From an uncultured Gammaproteobacteria bacterium (GTDB taxonomy: Bacteria > Patescibacteriota > Microgenomatia > JALYQM01): a DNA stretch of 64,000 bases. The position numbers and the translations under genes are program-made. The DNA lies in contig CAYOFQ010000001.1 in NCBI GenBank assembly GCA_964403585.1, positions 1,088,826-1,152,825 on the forward strand. Direction: 5' to 3'. Below, one piece after another: positions 28,325-38,544 of the stretch (position 1 is its first letter; the number at the start of each line of letters is the position of its first letter). The notes under the pieces were generated by a model. It was not told the DNA's origin and made no database searches. It saw nothing but the letters and a program-made list of their open reading frames with translations.

Positions 28325-29566
28325 TCAATGTAACAATACTGTTTCATCAAAGCGTGAAACTATCTGCTGCCAATCATACCGTTCTGTAACAAAATCGTAC
28401 GCGTTATTGGCAATCGTTTGTCGCACTTCCCTATCTTTCAAAACATTCAATACGCAGGTAACAAACACCTCTACTGAATCGGCTATAAATAGCTCTTTAC
28501 CTGAAGTAACAGTCAACCCCTCGGCACCAACTGTAGTTGTCACCACCGGTAGATGTGAAGCCATTGCCTCAATGACCTTATACTTTGTTCCGCTTCCCGC
28601 CCGAATCGGAGCAACCAGTACCGTTGCCCGCTGGAAAGCATCCCGAATATCCTCGACACTTTCATCAATTCGCAGGTTCTTTGCTGCAACATATTTTTTG
28701 AGTGTCTCATCCCCACGTCTTCCAACGATACGCAGCGAAAGTTCTTGTGTCGAAGCGGAAACTACTTTTGGCCAAATTTCATCCAGAAACCACCGCAACG
28801 AATCAACATTCTGAAAATAAGAGAATGTACCGACAAATAACACTTCATTCTCAAGTCGCTCACTGCGGGGTTGCGAAAACCATTCAATATCCACACCGTT
28901 CTCAAGTAATACCACGTCCTTACCCGTTTTATCTTTCAGATACTTCTGATCCACATCCGATAATGCACCCAGTACGGCAGCTGACTTCCAGAAATACTCT
29001 TCCTCCATCCGGATTTTATGGACATCGAGCATCATTAACCAGCGTATAACTATATTTTTCTGTTGTTGTGATTGCCGGTAATATGCCAGCGATTCAATAT
29101 TCTGTTCGATAAGCAGGAGTTTTGTTTTTAGCTCAGGCAATAAATTTTTCAGAGAGGCTATTCCGTAAAAGGTTTCGGCATAGATAAGATCATATTTTTT
29201 AACCGAATCCACCTCTTTGATCTGATCGTATAAAGTCGATGAGGAGTAAAGATGCGACAACAACGAGCGATTTGAAAGCAGTGCTGAAAACAGTAACCCG
29301 ATATTCGCGAGCACAAAGCTAATAAATGAGCTTATTCCTCCCAGCAGGGCACTCCGGTCAAACAATTTCTTACGCTGAATAAAAGCTACCGATCGAAATA
29401 CGGTTAACAATTCGGGCTCATACTTCTTTTCCGACTCATCCCGAATAAAACACACCAAATCAATCGAGTGCCGGCGGGACAACTGTTTCGCGATATTCCA
29501 AACACGAACTTGACCTCCAGATTGGGCCGGAAGCGGGCAGAGCGGAAAAATTAACAGAATGTTCAT
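28325..29566 (-). CDS. glycosyltransferase family 4
   Basis: C-terminal GT4 region (VAPIRAGSGTKYKVIEAMASHLPVVTT). Confidence 0.8.
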   Translation of the reverse strand: MNILLIFPLCPLPAQSGGQVRVWNIAKQLSRRHSIDLVCFIRDESEKKYEPELLTVFRSVAFIQRKKLFDRSALLGGISSFISFVLANIGLLFSALLSNRSLLSHLYSSSTLYDQIKEVDSVKKYDLIYAETFYGIASLKNLLPELKTKLLLIEQNIESLAYYRQSQQQKNIVIRWLMMLDVHKIRMEEEYFWKSAAVLGALSDVDQKYLKDKTGKDVVLLENGVDIEWFSQPRSERLENEVLFVGTFSYFQNVDSLRWFLDEIWPKVVSASTQELSLRIVGRRGDETLKKYVAAKNLRIDESVEDIRDAFQRATVLVAPIRAGSGTKYKVIEAMASHLPVVTTTVGAEGLTVTSGKELFIADSVEVFVTCVLNVLKDREVRQTIANNAYDFVTERYDWQQIVSRFDETVLLH

Positions 29567-29569
29567 AGA

Positions 29570-31108
29570 TTATAGAGAGTACGGCGCGATACCGGTCCAG
29601 TCCCCTTTTCTTCTGGTCAGGTCAAGAATCACATATTCCGGAGTTTCGTCAACTATTTCATACAACGTAGCCAACCTGTTCATATAGTCATTCCGGTGCA
29701 TGGATATATAGTATTTTGCGCCACGATCGATCATTTCCTGTAACTGTTTATCCCGGACACTCCAGCCGGTTCGGTTTACATAGTAAAGAAAGGTAGTATC
29801 ACCACCATAGTCGGCCAAAACCCAGGCATCTTTGGGAAGTATGGCATCGGCCCGCCGGCCAACAGTGAGCAGCATCGGATTACCGATACTGTACCAGTTT
29901 TTAACCGAATACCAGCCGAGCATCAAAGTAATAAAGATAAAGCTGATGGCAATAAGGCGCCGGACGCTCCGTTCAAAAAAAGTACCGGCATAGTACCAGA
30001 GATACCAGAATCCGTACGCAACAAAAATTGAACCAAATGCGGTCAACGGCAACTGATAGTATTCGTGCTGCACATTACCCGTTGCAAATACTACAAGATA
30101 GATAAAACAGGCAAATAAAGCCAGCGGCAAATACCATCTGGAGTCCAGTTTGGTATGATGCTCTTTCGCATGCAGGTGCTCAAATCCGTCACGATAAAAG
30201 AACAACCCGATGCCCATAAGTAATAATCCGGTAACATTAAACATGTATTGATCAAGTCGAACCTGGACAATCCAGTGCCACCACGCCGGCTTTAAACGAA
30301 TGCGATTCCCGTCAAATAACCACCCGCTGGCCGGAATTGAAAAAGGCCACTGCTGCATCCACATCCGCCATAACACAAACGGCAGCACTGAAACTAACAC
30401 AAACACCCACAAAACACCACTGCGGTAAAAATTAAGTCCAAGACGCCGCCACAATAAATACACCATCGGCAGCAGCAGGAACGGAACAAAGGCTTTCAGT
30501 AATAAAGCTGCTGCAAAACAAAGACAACTCAACCAAAACGCCGGAGAAAATGACAACCGCTTATGATGCAAATCTGATTTTATCCATACATCAAACCAAT
30601 ACAGCATAAACAATGCAAACATCAGCATCATACTGTCCGGCAATACGGCACGGGACCAGAAAATTGAATACGGCAATAACCCGTACACAAACGCCGCCAG
30701 CATTGCCACTTTTTCCGCATAATATCGTCGAGTCAGCAAGTACAGTGCCACAATACTCAACAGTGACGTTACGATCGAGACAACCCTACCCGATAAAACA
30801 ATACTGTCAGTTAAATTAGCTTTGGTTAGGGACATAACGACCGGGTTTATAACGGCAACTGCGGCCTGGTACAAGGGGAACTCCGCAAAATGATAACGCG
30901 GCGTATTATCACGCCCGATACCATCAATACTCACGGCACTCTCAATTTGGGGATGAAGAACATCCAGATTACTACGTACCAGGTTTCGGGCAACCGATGC
31001 GGTATCCGCCTGCCTCCATGAATGCAAATCGGCCATCGGCGAGTTGAAGTGATACAAACGAACTGTCAGACTGAGAATTAATATCAAAATGAGGAGAATT
31101 TTGTTCAT
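29570..31108 (-). CDS. GT-C fold glycosyltransferase, ArnT/PMT-like (GT39/GT83 family), polytopic membrane protein
   Basis: N-terminal loop SWRQADTASVARN typical of the ArnT/PMT family, and ~12 predicted TM helices. Confidence 0.75.
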   Translation of the reverse strand: MNKILLILILILSLTVRLYHFNSPMADLHSWRQADTASVARNLVRSNLDVLHPQIESAVSIDGIGRDNTPRYHFAEFPLYQAAVAVINPVVMSLTKANLTDSIVLSGRVVSIVTSLLSIVALYLLTRRYYAEKVAMLAAFVYGLLPYSIFWSRAVLPDSMMLMFALFMLYWFDVWIKSDLHHKRLSFSPAFWLSCLCFAAALLLKAFVPFLLLPMVYLLWRRLGLNFYRSGVLWVFVLVSVLPFVLWRMWMQQWPFSIPASGWLFDGNRIRLKPAWWHWIVQVRLDQYMFNVTGLLLMGIGLFFYRDGFEHLHAKEHHTKLDSRWYLPLALFACFIYLVVFATGNVQHEYYQLPLTAFGSIFVAYGFWYLWYYAGTFFERSVRRLIAISFIFITLMLGWYSVKNWYSIGNPMLLTVGRRADAILPKDAWVLADYGGDTTFLYYVNRTGWSVRDKQLQEMIDRGAKYYISMHRNDYMNRLATLYEIVDETPEYVILDLTRRKGDWTGIAPYSL

Positions 31109-31128
31109 ATATACCGGTATTGTAGCAT

Positions 31129-32523
31129 TTATTTTAATAGAATCTTAATGTTCTTATCGCACAGGACGTTTGCACCCTGTTCATACCCAACCTGAAAAGT
31201 CCACGCCCGCCCTGTTCTGTTCGGTGGAGAGACTCTTGTGATCGTCTGACCGGGTGTAAACTGATTACACTGCGTACGAAATTCTTCAAGTCGATTATAA
31301 ACAAAGTCGCTGGAAATCTTCCAATCCGTTTGATCCTGTTTCGCACTAAATAAATAGAGCGCACCAATTAACACCAGTATTCCCCCATACCAGCGAGTAT
31401 AGGTACCGGAGGTAACATCAAAATACCGAATAATCCAATAGAGAAATAAACTCACAAATAGCAAAAAGGCAAACGAGGGAAGATAAACATACCGCTCAGC
31501 CAGTCCACCTAACCCCAAAAAAGGAAGCAGCGCTACTACAAAAAATAAACTTACATATAGAGTGAACTTTTCCGCAGCCGTATCAAAATGATCTTCACCA
31601 TAATTCTTTCGGGCCATCATTATCAAATAACCTGTAACAGCAATCAGTAATACCACGAGTACCGCAGAAAGCACCAGGTTATCCCGCATTACTCCGCGCA
31701 ACATTTGATAAAACGAAACAAACGGAACACCAAAAACAGTTAATCCTATATACCCGGATAAATTTCCAATAACATTAAATGGAAGCTTTACCAGATTATA
31801 ACTATAGTCCCCGCCACTCCAGTGCGAATTGGATTGGGCACGCAACACAAGATAAAGAACATCAACCAGTATCAACCCTCCATAGAGTTTTTTATGATTC
31901 AGCACCGACCGTCGGCCATAACCAAACCAATCTGTAATAAATACTAACACCGGAAAGATTACAACATACTCGTGACTCATCAGCCCAAGGATAAAGCACA
32001 GGAAAAAAAGCATGCTCACGAATAGACCATTTTTTTCTTTCCGCACAAAAAGCCACAACGCGAATAAAACAAATAATGCCGGGAATAATTCAGTAACCGC
32101 ACTTATCCAGATAATGTTCTCCTGATGCGCAGGATGAATAAAGAATAGAAGAGAACTCACCACAGCAAAAAGTGAAATTCTACGGGAATTTCGATCAGGA
32201 AAAAAGCGTTGCAGAAGAGAAGCCGACAACAAATAAACTACAAACGAATTAAGTACATGCAACACAATATTAACCAGATGATACGCCCAGGCGTGAGTAC
32301 CAAACCACTGCCACATCAGAAAAAAATAGAACTTTGTGAACGGACGATAAAAGAAACCCTGAGAGTCGAACGGATAACGCGCGACTTCATTCCAGGTGTC
32401 CCGTTTAGCATTCAGTAACCAGACAAAATCATCTGAAATAAAATAATGAGAAAGTACCGAACTAAACAGGAAATAACTTATTATAGTAAATGAAAGTATC
32501 AGAATAACCGGAACTCTTTTCAT
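31129..32523 (-). CDS. polytopic membrane protein, putative GT-C-like glycosyltransferase
   Basis: More than 10 TM helices and an early acidic loop (FISDDFVW). No firm family assignment. Confidence 0.45.
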   Translation of the reverse strand: MKRVPVILILSFTIISYFLFSSVLSHYFISDDFVWLLNAKRDTWNEVARYPFDSQGFFYRPFTKFYFFLMWQWFGTHAWAYHLVNIVLHVLNSFVVYLLSASLLQRFFPDRNSRRISLFAVVSSLLFFIHPAHQENIIWISAVTELFPALFVLFALWLFVRKEKNGLFVSMLFFLCFILGLMSHEYVVIFPVLVFITDWFGYGRRSVLNHKKLYGGLILVDVLYLVLRAQSNSHWSGGDYSYNLVKLPFNVIGNLSGYIGLTVFGVPFVSFYQMLRGVMRDNLVLSAVLVVLLIAVTGYLIMMARKNYGEDHFDTAAEKFTLYVSLFFVVALLPFLGLGGLAERYVYLPSFAFLLFVSLFLYWIIRYFDVTSGTYTRWYGGILVLIGALYLFSAKQDQTDWKISSDFVYNRLEEFRTQCNQFTPGQTITRVSPPNRTGRAWTFQVGYEQGANVLCDKNIKILLK

Positions 32524-34118
32524 ACAGTGTCTTTTTCAGAATCCCCTCTTTCAATAATCCACACAGCACACCCGATACATAACCACAACATAAACGCAAC
32601 TTTAGATGCCTCAAAGATATCAATGAGCAAACCGTTAACCATCAGTCCACATACACCACCGGCAACACCGGTTACAAACATCCGATAGACAAGGTTCTGA
32701 CTGGTTGCAATAAAAGTATACGCCCGCTTTAAGAAGATCACCAGAATTGCAAAGAAACTTACAAATCCGACAATCCCTACTTCGGCTAACGCACGGATAA
32801 AACTGCTGTCTACCGCCGAAGTAACGGTCGAATATCCCTGTCCCAGTATCGGATGTGACCAAAACGCAGCCAATGCTATTGGCCACTCACCGTCAATTCG
32901 GGTAGTAAGCGAAATATCAAATACCAGTGCATATTTCAGCTCATAATCTCCCTGAACCTCACGAACCTCTTCAATAATTTCGCGTTTTACGGCTGTATCC
33001 TGTTCTTTGGTACTGGCTTGCGGCACTTCAACAGTATTTGTCTGAGTACCAGAGATAGTAGATACCGGCACTTCTTCGTTCTCACCTTTTTGGCGTTTCG
33101 TTACAATATAAGCCGAGGGCGTAGCTTCACCGGGAATAAACGGCAGGAGTACAGCCCGATCACTTTCGGGAAGACCCGCCCAATCTTTATGGGTAGTTGG
33201 CTGTTCCAGTATTCTTCCGGTCTTCATATCAACAGTCACCTGTTTAACACGAATGGTCTTACCAATACGATCAACTATCGTATTCCGTCCAACAATAAAA
33301 GTTAAAGCCAATACCGCAACTAATCCCAGTAACAAATATTTTTTTTGCTTAATATGAATAAAACCCACTACACCTAAACCAAGGAATAATGCCGGAAGGG
33401 AAATTCGGGAAGCCGTGAGAATCAGAACAAAAAATCCGAACAGCGAAATTATTCCAAGTGCGACTCTCCAAACCATTTTTCGTACAGCAAAAATCATGCT
33501 GACCACAATCGGCAACACCAGTACTAAATAACCCGCCAAATCATAATGACCACCAAACGTCGAAGAAACACGGGTACCGGGTTGCAACGGGATACACGTT
33601 CCTTTGGCAAATTCTTCATTCATCGTCAGATAACTGCAAAACCCGGCATATTTCTGACCAAGACCATAAATAGTAACTCCAACTAAACCGACAATTAAAG
33701 CAATAATTACTTTTCGTATTCCTTTGCGGTCAGAAAAAGCTGCATACGCTAAAAACAAAACACCCAGATACTCAATCCGCCGTAAATAGTTAAGTACAAT
33801 TAAATGCGGCTTAAAAATTGCCCAGTTATCGACCTTGCCGAGAGTTAGTAAGGCTACTATTGTCGAGAGTAATCCGACAGTCCAAAAAATGACCACCGGC
33901 CGCAGTAAAAAGTTCCGGACCGATACTTTTCGCCGCAGTAGTAAAAATCCGAGTACTACATAGCTGAAAGCCACCAGCACATCTTCAACACGGATATACG
34001 TCCACGTAAAAGCAATGTCAAAAAGCGGTAATTTAGGATAAAGTGGAATAAAAATCAGAAGCCCGATAACTATCCACTGCAAAACGCGTTTATGAATAGG
34101 TTCCGTATTACTTTCCAT
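32520..34118 (-). CDS. O-antigen ligase/polymerase (Wzy/WaaL)-like membrane protein with a large extracytoplasmic insert
   Basis: Multi-TM protein with a TASRISLPALFLG segment resembling the Wzy_C region, and a ~130-aa hydrophilic insert. Confidence 0.5.
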   Translation of the reverse strand: MESNTEPIHKRVLQWIVIGLLIFIPLYPKLPLFDIAFTWTYIRVEDVLVAFSYVVLGFLLLRRKVSVRNFLLRPVVIFWTVGLLSTIVALLTLGKVDNWAIFKPHLIVLNYLRRIEYLGVLFLAYAAFSDRKGIRKVIIALIVGLVGVTIYGLGQKYAGFCSYLTMNEEFAKGTCIPLQPGTRVSSTFGGHYDLAGYLVLVLPIVVSMIFAVRKMVWRVALGIISLFGFFVLILTASRISLPALFLGLGVVGFIHIKQKKYLLLGLVAVLALTFIVGRNTIVDRIGKTIRVKQVTVDMKTGRILEQPTTHKDWAGLPESDRAVLLPFIPGEATPSAYIVTKRQKGENEEVPVSTISGTQTNTVEVPQASTKEQDTAVKREIIEEVREVQGDYELKYALVFDISLTTRIDGEWPIALAAFWSHPILGQGYSTVTSAVDSSFIRALAEVGIVGFVSFFAILVIFLKRAYTFIATSQNLVYRMFVTGVAGGVCGLMVNGLLIDIFEASKVAFMLWLCIGCAVWIIERGDSEKDTV

Positions 34119-35064
34119 TTTTTATATCTTCCAATGCTTCGGAATAAGTGCCGACCAGATATTTATTGCCGGTCAATTTCCCAAAGAGAAGTGATGCATA
34201 AGATTTTAATCTGATCATTGCAAGTAGCCAGGTGTATGACCGTTTGCTGTAGTGTTTGCGATAAAAATAACGAAACCCGCGGAATGCATTAAGAATTTGA
34301 TCGCGGCGACCGCGTATAGCACTTTGTCCACCATAATGAATTATGGCTGCATCCGGCCAGTATACCACACTAAATCCGTGCTTTCGGATACGATAGCACC
34401 AGTCCGTTTCTTCAACATACATAAATATTTTGTCATCAAATCCGCCAACCCGCTCATATACTTCACGTTTTAATAACATGAAAGCTCCCATAACATAATC
34501 GATCTCGGTTATTTTATCCGGCATCGGCCGCCGAATAAACCGTTCCAGAAACAAATTACCAAACATCGATCCAATCGACGGAAATTTTTTAATACTATAT
34601 TGTTCGGTACGGTCCGGGTTTAGCAGCTTACAACCGATTAAGCCAATTGGATATCGTTTTACGGTACCATGCGGTAATGAGGACAGAGTGAATTCTTCGG
34701 GATTGATTTTGCGCGAACTTTTGATCGGCACAAAGGTATTTTGATCAAACCATTCAATCATTTTTTCAAAGACATTACCGATAAGGAGCGTATCCGAATT
34801 TAACAGACAAAAATAGCGTCCCTGCGCAATCTCCATTCCCTGATTATTCCCTGCTCCAAACCCAACATTCTCTTTGTTCTTAATTACCGTAACTTTATTA
34901 CGGTATTTACGCTTAATTTCGGCCGCACTTTTATCTTCGGAGGCATTATCAACAACAATTATCTCAAAAGTTACACCCCGGGTATATTTGAAGATACTTT
35001 CCAGGAGCTTCATGGTAAGCTCACGCGTGTTGTAATTAATGATGATGATGGAAAGATCCAACAT
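34108..35064 (-). CDS. glycosyltransferase family 2
   Basis: LSIIIINYNTRELT...VDNASEDKS and LLNSDT motifs. Confidence 0.85.
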   Translation of the reverse strand: MLDLSIIIINYNTRELTMKLLESIFKYTRGVTFEIIVVDNASEDKSAAEIKRKYRNKVTVIKNKENVGFGAGNNQGMEIAQGRYFCLLNSDTLLIGNVFEKMIEWFDQNTFVPIKSSRKINPEEFTLSSLPHGTVKRYPIGLIGCKLLNPDRTEQYSIKKFPSIGSMFGNLFLERFIRRPMPDKITEIDYVMGAFMLLKREVYERVGGFDDKIFMYVEETDWCYRIRKHGFSVVYWPDAAIIHYGGQSAIRGRRDQILNAFRGFRYFYRKHYSKRSYTWLLAMIRLKSYASLLFGKLTGNKYLVGTYSEALEDIKNGK

Positions 35065-35120
35065 ACAAAATATTGTATCAGAATAGCAAAAATACCAAAA
35101 TAGCCTATAGTATATTGAGA

Positions 35121-35669
35121 TTAGATTTTTCCGAGAAACAATAACGTTTGCATTAAAGCCGAAATTGCCGGAGAATCGGTGATCTCCCCATTTTTAATCA
35201 TAGTGAGCACTTCCGCCAACGGAACCAGTTTCATTTCCGAAATCGCATCAAATGAATCCAGTTGAACAGACTCACGCGTAAGTTCCCGCGCCAGAAAAAC
35301 CGTACCTATCTCTGATAGTAACCCGTTAAGCATTTGCAGCGTACCAACTTTATCCCATCTTTTCGCAACAAAACCTGATTCTTCAAGCAACTCCCGTTGT
35401 GCCGCAATTAACGGATCCTGATTCTCCGACCCGCCTGCCGGAATTTCAATTGAATACATTTGGGTCGGATAACGGAATTGACTGACCAAGCAAACTTCAT
35501 CTTTATCCGTTAAGGCAACGACAAAAACTGAAGGATTGGTTACCACCACACCATAAAGTCCTTGTTCACCATTCGGATGAATAATCGTATCTTCACGAAC
35601 CGTTATCCACTTATTCTGATAGGCAATTCGCGAGCTTAGTGTTTTATATTTATTCCGTGAATCAGTCAT
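35121..35669 (-). CDS. NUDIX hydrolase (ADP-ribose pyrophosphatase-like); start placed at MTDSRNKY
   Basis: Nudix box AGGSENQDPLIAAQRELLEESG. The track ORF extends to 35747, but the ATG at 35669 gives a typical N-terminus and avoids overlap with the divergent gene. Confidence 0.8.
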   Translation of the reverse strand: MTDSRNKYKTLSSRIAYQNKWITVREDTIIHPNGEQGLYGVVVTNPSVFVVALTDKDEVCLVSQFRYPTQMYSIEIPAGGSENQDPLIAAQRELLEESGFVAKRWDKVGTLQMLNGLLSEIGTVFLARELTRESVQLDSFDAISEMKLVPLAEVLTMIKNGEITDSPAISALMQTLLFLGKI

Positions 35670-35673
35670 ACGG

Positions 35674-35690
35674 TATAGTATACTATTTTT
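35674..35690. promoter_or_regulatory. palindromic TATAGTATACTA -10-like element between two divergent start codons 22 nt apart
   Basis: TAGTATACTA is a perfect palindrome. TATACT lies ~7 nt upstream of ATG 35691 on the + strand, and its reverse complement lies ~7 nt upstream of ATG 35669 on the - strand. Confidence 0.25.
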
Positions 35691-36803
35691 ATGGAAGATA
35701 CAGACAATGCAGCAGTTTCCCCCGTAGACTTGGAACTTAAAGCCCAAAGCCAGTTAGCAGAAGGATATGAAAAAAAGCGTGATGAGAACAAACAGAAGTT
35801 AAAAGAACTCCAAAGAAACCTGGCTCTTGAAAATGCTAAGGAAGGTATCCATTTTGCACCCGAAAAATCATTACGTCTCTATCAAATTGAAAAAACCTTA
35901 GATTCTGACCAGGATTTATTAAGGGTATCCGATCCCCTGCTTGATGATCCTATGAAGGATATGCCGGGAATCGAAGGTGATAAACTACCCCTTGCCGATA
36001 GAAAAAAGCTACTCGGGTTTTACAAGGATGCTCTTGCCAAACTGACAGCAACATTTGCTCCAACGAATATACTGACAGGAATCGAAATTCTCGAGCAACA
36101 AATAGCCGCCGAAGAACAGCAACAAAAACAAACCGCTTCTGCCGAACTACCCGCCACAAACCAAGCCGAATTTTCGGAGCCGGCCAATCCGTTAGCCGAT
36201 CAAACTGACCGCACACTAAAGGCCCAGGAACTGGTAACCAAAGGGTACGAACGCCAGCGTGAAGAAAACAAAACAAAACTTGAAGCTCTGAACAAAAAAT
36301 TATTCCTTGAAAAAACAACCGCTGCAGTTAACTTTGGTTCAACTGAAACATCCTATGAAGCTCATATTTTTGCTCCCGAAAAGGCACTCCGTATGAAACA
36401 AATAGACAAAGCGCTCAAAGGCGACACCATGTTTGTACCGAATGAATTGTTCGATAATCCGCTAAAAAATACTCCCAGCGAAGGCCAAAGCACGTTATCC
36501 TTGGAAGATAAACAAACATTACTGGACTTATATAATGAGGCAGCGAAGCAACTTCGATTTGCCGATGCTCCGGCAATTCGGGAAGTAAATCGTATTTTAC
36601 TCCAACGGGAACTTACTTTTTATAAACAACATGCTGATGCTCAATATGTACCTCCCACACCACAGGAGATATTAAAACTTAAGCTGGAAGTAATTGAAAG
36701 ACAAAAACGGGAGTTCTCACCAATAGGCCTTCTGGACCCTTTCTTAGTTCCAAAATTTATTCGGGATGATTACAGAAAAACCAAAACCGCGTTAAAAAAA
36801 TAA
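35691..36803 (+). CDS. hypothetical protein with an internal tandem duplication (two ~150-aa repeats)
   Basis: Repeat 1 (LKAQSQLAEGYEKKRDENKQKLKELQRNLALENAKEGIHFAPEKSLRLYQIEKTL) matches repeat 2 (LKAQELVTKGYERQREENKTKLEALNKKLFLEKT...HIFAPEKALRMKQIDKAL). Confidence 0.6.
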   Translation: MEDTDNAAVSPVDLELKAQSQLAEGYEKKRDENKQKLKELQRNLALENAKEGIHFAPEKSLRLYQIEKTLDSDQDLLRVSDPLLDDPMKDMPGIEGDKLPLADRKKLLGFYKDALAKLTATFAPTNILTGIEILEQQIAAEEQQQKQTASAELPATNQAEFSEPANPLADQTDRTLKAQELVTKGYERQREENKTKLEALNKKLFLEKTTAAVNFGSTETSYEAHIFAPEKALRMKQIDKALKGDTMFVPNELFDNPLKNTPSEGQSTLSLEDKQTLLDLYNEAAKQLRFADAPAIREVNRILLQRELTFYKQHADAQYVPPTPQEILKLKLEVIERQKREFSPIGLLDPFLVPKFIRDDYRKTKTALKK

Positions 36804-37436
36804 CTATTGAAATAGTCGGGGCCGTCCAAGCTTATAATTCAATTCGGAGACAGTCCGCATTCCAATCGGTTTTGCCGGCACCCCTCCCACCACAGTCATC
36901 GGTGGAACATCTTTTGTTACCACCGCTCCGGCAGCCACAATCGCACCTTTACCGATTGTCACTCCCGGCAAGATAATTGATCGCGGGCCTATAAATACAT
37001 AGTCCCCGATAGTAACAGGAGCACTAATTGCGCCAAAATCAGGAGCGTTATGATTATGTTCTGAGTTATAAATCATTACTTCACTGGCAATATCTACATG
37101 ATTACCAATCAACAATGAATCACGACCATCAAAAAAACAGCGGTACCCGATAATAGTCCCCTCGCCAATACGGATTCGCGTCGTTTCATAAAACCGGGCC
37201 CCCATATGGATAAAACTTTTGGGTCCAATCGAGATTCCTGCTAACCGGTAAAATATCTTTCGCACAATATGAGAAGGAAAATATCCAAGAATTGTTAAAA
37301 CCATTAAGGCAAAGTCTTCAATATAGGAATACAGCCGGCGGACAATTTTTTGCAGGGCAACATCAGTAGAAAGTTCATTTCCATTTTTATCTTTAAACAT
37401 AGTAATTCCTTTAGTGTTCCTTTCTAAATTGCTCAA
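36804..37436 (-). CDS. hexapeptide-repeat sugar O-acetyltransferase (WcaF/NeuD-like left-handed beta-helix)
   Basis: Hexapeptide repeats ([44 protein letters not shown]). Confidence 0.8.
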   Translation of the reverse strand: MSNLERNTKGITMFKDKNGNELSTDVALQKIVRRLYSYIEDFALMVLTILGYFPSHIVRKIFYRLAGISIGPKSFIHMGARFYETTRIRIGEGTIIGYRCFFDGRDSLLIGNHVDIASEVMIYNSEHNHNAPDFGAISAPVTIGDYVFIGPRSIILPGVTIGKGAIVAAGAVVTKDVPPMTVVGGVPAKPIGMRTVSELNYKLGRPRLFQ

Positions 37437-38544
37437 GCACGGATAATGTCATTCGTGCTGTGTGCATCCAGTCAAACTGCTTAACCCATTGCAAACCACT
37501 TTGGCGCATCTGTTCACGCAAACGATTATCTTTCACCAACAATTTTAATCCACCACTAATACTCTTTACATTATACGGATCAACCAAAACTCCATACTCT
37601 CCCACTACTTCCGGAAGTGATGAAATGCGGGAAACAACCACCGGCGTTCCGCACGCCATAGCTTCAAGTACCGGGATACCAAATCCTTCATATAATGACG
37701 GCAGAGTATACATGAGAGCTCCTGATAGTATAGCCGGTTTCTCATCATCATTAATATACCCCGTAAAAACAACCACATCTTCCAACTTCAATTTCTTGAC
37801 TTCAGCAAAAATTTCCTGATACAACCAGCCCTTCTTCCCGACAATCACAAGTTTTAATCCTAGTTGAGAATAATTTGGCTGCTCAATAAGGTCCTTAAAC
37901 GCCTGGATCAGGCGTACAATATTCTTTCGCGGCTGCAAAGTACCCAGGTAAAGGATATATGGTTGCTTAAATCCATACTTATTCAGAACAGTCTGAATTT
38001 GCTCCTGATCTTCCACCGGTTTAAAGGTTTCGGTGTCATATCCAAGATACGTAACCGTAATCTTATGCGGGTCTACACCATAATATTTCACAATATCCTG
38101 CTTTGATGACTCGGATATGGTAAGAATATGGGATGCTTTTTTAATACTGTATTTTGACCAGGCTTTTAATTGCATTAAATCACTTTTCTTGAAGTATTCA
38201 GGAAAGCGTAAATACGCGGTATCCAATACCGACACCACGGTTTTGCAGGGACAGAATCGCGGAGCATAATGACCGGGTGAAAAAAACAAATCCAGGTTAC
38301 GACCATCAATCAGTAACCGAAGTGGTAATGCAAACTGTGTCCATAATTTCTCGGGACCAAAAACCACATACTTCCAGTTTTTACGTTCAGCCGGCATATC
38401 CCGTACCGGAACAGATTTCAGATAAATGGTGTATTCATTCCAGGTATCCAATTCGTACAAATGCTTAAGGACCTGGAAAGCATACATACCACTTCCGACC
38501 CGGTGTGAAACATTAGCTTCATTTCCATCAACTCCAATTTTCAT
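37411..38544 (-). CDS. glycosyltransferase family 4
   Basis: MKIGVDGNE...GSGMY N-terminus and [23 protein letters not shown]. Confidence 0.85.
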   Translation of the reverse strand: MKIGVDGNEANVSHRVGSGMYAFQVLKHLYELDTWNEYTIYLKSVPVRDMPAERKNWKYVVFGPEKLWTQFALPLRLLIDGRNLDLFFSPGHYAPRFCPCKTVVSVLDTAYLRFPEYFKKSDLMQLKAWSKYSIKKASHILTISESSKQDIVKYYGVDPHKITVTYLGYDTETFKPVEDQEQIQTVLNKYGFKQPYILYLGTLQPRKNIVRLIQAFKDLIEQPNYSQLGLKLVIVGKKGWLYQEIFAEVKKLKLEDVVVFTGYINDDEKPAILSGALMYTLPSLYEGFGIPVLEAMACGTPVVVSRISSLPEVVGEYGVLVDPYNVKSISGGLKLLVKDNRLREQMRQSGLQWVKQFDWMHTARMTLSVLEQFRKEH

